Below, piece by piece: positions 61,286 through 64,000 of a DNA stretch of 64,000 bases (position 1 is its first letter; each line of letters starts with the position of its first letter). The DNA comes from an uncultured Luminiphilus sp. (GTDB taxonomy: Bacteria; Pseudomonadota; Gammaproteobacteria; Pseudomonadales; Halieaceae). Under the pieces are notes generated by a model. The model saw nothing but the letters and a program-made list of their open reading frames with translations, was not told the DNA's origin and searched no databases. The stretch spans positions 28,177 to 92,176 of the forward strand of contig CAWUXF010000013.1 of assembly GCA_963926325.1 (NCBI GenBank). The letters are read 5' to 3'. Made by a program: the position numbers and the translations under genes.

Positions 61286-63125
61286 TTTGTGTCTCCGAGA
61301 ACCAGGCATCTAAGACCGCCCGCGCCACAGGATAAGCGGCGCTGCTACCGCCACCATTTTCTGCGATCACTGCAACCACGATCTCCGGGTTTTCCGCAGG
61401 CGCAAATGCAATAAACAACCCATGATTGCGATGACGCTCCAAGATTTCATCCTCGTCGTAGACACCATCTTGTGCAATACCAATAACCTGCGACGTGCCT
61501 GTCTTTCCCGCGATGGTATAAGACAAGTTGCTTCCAATACTGGCAGCTGTGCCAGCCGTCGAGTGGACTACGCCAACCATACCCGCAATGACAGTTGCCC
61601 AATGCTCGGGGCTCGCGACAAGTGGCGGCCTCTCCTCAATATCCACTGGGTTGCCGTTGACACGCCAGACTAGTGAGGGAACGTAGCTGATGCCGCGATT
61701 AGCGAGCACCATCGTTGCTTGAGCGAGCTGCAAGGGGGTTGCCAGCATATAACCCTGACCAATACCGGCGCTTAAAGATTCACCGGGATACCAGGGCTGC
61801 CCCAATACGCGTCGTTTCCAATCTGTATTCGGTAAAATACCTGTCTTCTCACTCGTTATATCGAGCCCGGTAAGTTCCCCAAGACCAAAAGGGGCGAGTG
61901 ACTCGGCCATCGCGTCTATACCCATGCGCCGGGCCAAATCGTAGTAATACACATCACACGATTCAGCTATCGCCATCTGTAAATCAACTTGCGGTGCGTG
62001 CCCAGTACCGCGAATGCGCAAAATCCAATCGCGATAACGGCGTGAGTCACCCGGTAGACTGTACCATCCAGGGTCAGGCACCGTTGTTTCAGCCGTGATC
62101 AGTCCCTGCTCTAAGCCCCCCAAACCGATCATAGGTTTGACCGTCGAGCCCGGCGGATATTGACCTTGCACCGCGCGATTCAGTAACGGTGTATCGCCCG
62201 AATCCCTAAGCCCCGAGTACGCCCTATTGCTAATGCCATTGACGAATAAGTTACTGTCGAATCCAGGCTTTGATACCAGCGCTAAAACACCACCGTTGGT
62301 CGGATCTATGGCGACTACTGCGCCGCGCTGATCACCCAAGGCTTCAAAGGCCGCACGCTGAATATCTAGGTCGAGATGCAATTGCAGATCATCACCGTCG
62401 ACAGGTGGTTCACTATCAAGCACCCGCAATACCCGACCTCGGGCGTTAGTCTCAACGTTTTGCAACCCTACCGTGCCATGCAGTATCTCTTCATACCATT
62501 TTTCCAGTCCAACTTTGCCCATATGCAGCGTACCGCGATACGCTTCCGCATCGATCTCAGCCGTCTCACGCTCATTAATTCGCCCCACGTAGCCAACCCC
62601 ATGGCTAAATAGCTCGCCATAAGGGTAATTACGTGTCAGTTGGGCCTCGATAACAATGCTGGGCAGGATGTGGCGATTCACCGCTATTACCGCCATTTCC
62701 TCTTCGGTTAACTGCAATTTCAGCGGTACCGCGTCATAAGGTCGACGATACTGACGGCGCGCCTCAAATCGTTCAATTGCCTCCTCATCGAGGGCGATCA
62801 AAGTCTTTAGCTTGGTTAGTAATATATCCCAGTCGTTGACACGCTCTACGACCACACTCAAACGATGACTGGGCTCATTGCTGGCCAGCAGCCGCCCTTT
62901 GCGATCAAAAATCAAACCACGTTTTGGTGGAATCGCTTCAAGACGAACACGATTGCGATCAGATTGGGTAAGAAATCGCTCGTATTGAACGATCTGTAGC
63001 GTGTAATACCGCCATGCCAGAGCGGAGAAAGCGAGCACCACAATAAGGATTGCGGTAAACACGCGCACGCCATTGATAACGGTTTCCCGATGGGTGTCTC
63101 TAAGTGCTTCGCGTCCCGCCGACAT
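61272..63125 (-). CDS. mrdA: Penicillin-binding protein 2 (elongasome transpeptidase)
   Basis: 617 aa with an N-terminal TM anchor and the SxxK (GSTVKP) and KTG (GKTGTSQ) motifs. Confidence 0.96.
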   Translation of the reverse strand: MSAGREALRDTHRETVINGVRVFTAILIVVLAFSALAWRYYTLQIVQYERFLTQSDRNRVRLEAIPPKRGLIFDRKGRLLASNEPSHRLSVVVERVNDWDILLTKLKTLIALDEEAIERFEARRQYRRPYDAVPLKLQLTEEEMAVIAVNRHILPSIVIEAQLTRNYPYGELFSHGVGYVGRINERETAEIDAEAYRGTLHMGKVGLEKWYEEILHGTVGLQNVETNARGRVLRVLDSEPPVDGDDLQLHLDLDIQRAAFEALGDQRGAVVAIDPTNGGVLALVSKPGFDSNLFVNGISNRAYSGLRDSGDTPLLNRAVQGQYPPGSTVKPMIGLGGLEQGLITAETTVPDPGWYSLPGDSRRYRDWILRIRGTGHAPQVDLQMAIAESCDVYYYDLARRMGIDAMAESLAPFGLGELTGLDITSEKTGILPNTDWKRRVLGQPWYPGESLSAGIGQGYMLATPLQLAQATMVLANRGISYVPSLVWRVNGNPVDIEERPPLVASPEHWATVIAGMVGVVHSTAGTAASIGSNLSYTIAGKTGTSQVIGIAQDGVYDEDEILERHRNHGLFIAFAPAENPEIVVAVIAENGGGSSAAYPVARAVLDAWFSETQNGGL

Positions 63126-63128
63126 GGA

Positions 63129-63596
63129 TTAGGCTCGATGATAGGGGTGATTATTGTTAATCGACCAAGCACGGTACAGCTGCTCGGCAAGTACCACACG
63201 CACCAAGGGGTGTGGCAATGTAATGCGACCGAACGACCATTTAGCGGAAGCGCGCTTCAAGAGGCTTGGATCTAGACCGTCGGGCCCGCCTATTAATATC
63301 GATACCGGCTGCCCTATCATTTGCCAGTCACAAATTTGTGCGGCCATGTCTTCGGTGGAGACAACGCTACCGGCCACGTCTAACGCGACTATACGTTCAT
63401 CTGCTTTGAGTTGCCGGTTGATAACCTGCGCCTCCTTAGCCATTAGCTTTTCGGCCGAGTCACCCTGTCGTTTTGCAGGTGCTACCTCCTGCCATGTAAC
63501 ACTAAACTCTCTCGGCAGTCGCCGTACATACTCGTCAACGCCTGCGCTAACCCAGCTGGGCATGCGGGTACCAACTGCCAGCACCCTGATTCGCAT
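63129..63596 (-). CDS. rlmH: 23S rRNA (pseudouridine1915-N3)-methyltransferase RlmH
   Basis: The ATG at 63596 (MRIRVLAVGTRMPSW...) overlaps the rsfS stop (TAATG). SPOUT fold, 155 aa as in E. coli. The maximal ORF to 63701 would overlap rsfS. Confidence 0.95.
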   Translation of the reverse strand: MRIRVLAVGTRMPSWVSAGVDEYVRRLPREFSVTWQEVAPAKRQGDSAEKLMAKEAQVINRQLKADERIVALDVAGSVVSTEDMAAQICDWQMIGQPVSILIGGPDGLDPSLLKRASAKWSFGRITLPHPLVRVVLAEQLYRAWSINNNHPYHRA

Positions 63597-63946
63597 TAGC
63601 GTGTTACGGGCGTAGCCCAGAGGCTTTCGAGATCGTACAGACCGCGCATAGCCGGCTGCATCACATGCACGACAATGTCGCCAAAATCGACGATCACCCA
63701 CTCGCCTGGACCGTCTCCCTCCATGCCAATCGGGTTAAAGCCTTCTGCCTTAGCCTCGACGATGACATTATTAGCCAGCGATTTCACGTGTCGACTCGAA
63801 GAACCGCTGGCAATGACCAAGCAATCCATTACCGAAGTCAACTCGCGCACATCAAGAACGACCGGATCCATAGCCTTGAGATCATCAAGGGCCTCCAGAA
63901 CTAATTTAGTTAAAGCAGGGTCTTGTATTGCCATCGTATCGGTCAC
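63596..63946 (-). CDS. rsfS: Ribosomal silencing factor RsfS
   Basis: 116 aa (...DVRELTSVMDCLVIASGSSSRHV...GEWVIVDFGDIVVHVM...). The start is the GTG at 63946 (GAGG upstream) or the ATG at 63934. Confidence 0.93.
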   Translation of the reverse strand: MTDTMAIQDPALTKLVLEALDDLKAMDPVVLDVRELTSVMDCLVIASGSSSRHVKSLANNVIVEAKAEGFNPIGMEGDGPGEWVIVDFGDIVVHVMQPAMRGLYDLESLWATPVTR

Positions 63947-63970
63947 AAATATAAGCCTCGGGACATAGTT

Positions 63971-64000
63971 TTACTCACGGTAGAGATTATGTTGTGCAAT
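63971..64000 (-). CDS. nadD: Probable 3' end of nicotinate-nucleotide adenylyltransferase (gene runs off the right edge)
   Basis: Only 9 codons are visible (...IAQHNLYRE*). The call rests on the conserved nadD-rsfS-rlmH synteny and a NadD-like ...LY C-terminus. Confidence 0.4.
   Translation of the reverse strand: MAQHNLYRE

Noticed and set aside
63154-63615. A 153-aa plus-strand ORF antisense to rlmH.
   Set aside because: It is Ser/Ala/Thr/Arg-rich and low-complexity, with no motifs. rlmH on the opposite strand is well supported and translationally coupled to rsfS.

Overview
This is a 64-kb chromosomal window from a gammaproteobacterium. The gene order closely parallels Pseudomonas-type chromosomes, but the exact taxon cannot be fixed from the sequence alone. 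I support about 70 protein genes and one tRNA-Lys(UUU). I see no rRNA, CRISPR array, transposase, integrase, phage gene or recognisable defence or toxin-antitoxin gene. Most of the window is conserved housekeeping synteny on the minus strand: (1) glmM-folP-ftsH-rlmE / yhbY, feoAB, carAB-greA (1-12 kb); (2) tRNA-Lys, queCE, cpoB-pal-tolBARQ-ybgC, ruvBAC, yebC, aspS (33.5-45.2 kb); (3) lipB-ybeD-dacA-rlpA-mltB-rodA-mrdA-rlmH-rsfS-(nadD) (56.2-64 kb). Two stretches look accessory. The first (12.2-21.0 kb) holds a translationally coupled lipid-catabolic operon with a split, peroxisomal MFE-2-like beta-oxidation core. The second (21.1-33.5 kb, ending at the 3' side of tRNA-Lys) holds a periplasmic DsrE-like protein, a split YeeE/YedE pair, DUF1415, a ferredoxin, apt, an SDR, a PhnZ-like HD protein, a DksA/TraR protein, an ADH and an orphan type IV pilin. 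The most unusual single object is a 755-aa fused EutB-EutC ethanolamine ammonia-lyase with a textbook twin-arginine (Tat) leader. Its putative operon is preceded by a 9-copy 10-bp tandem repeat. I did not find a convincing new multi-gene system. The findings below are hypotheses ranked by how far they depart from known biology.
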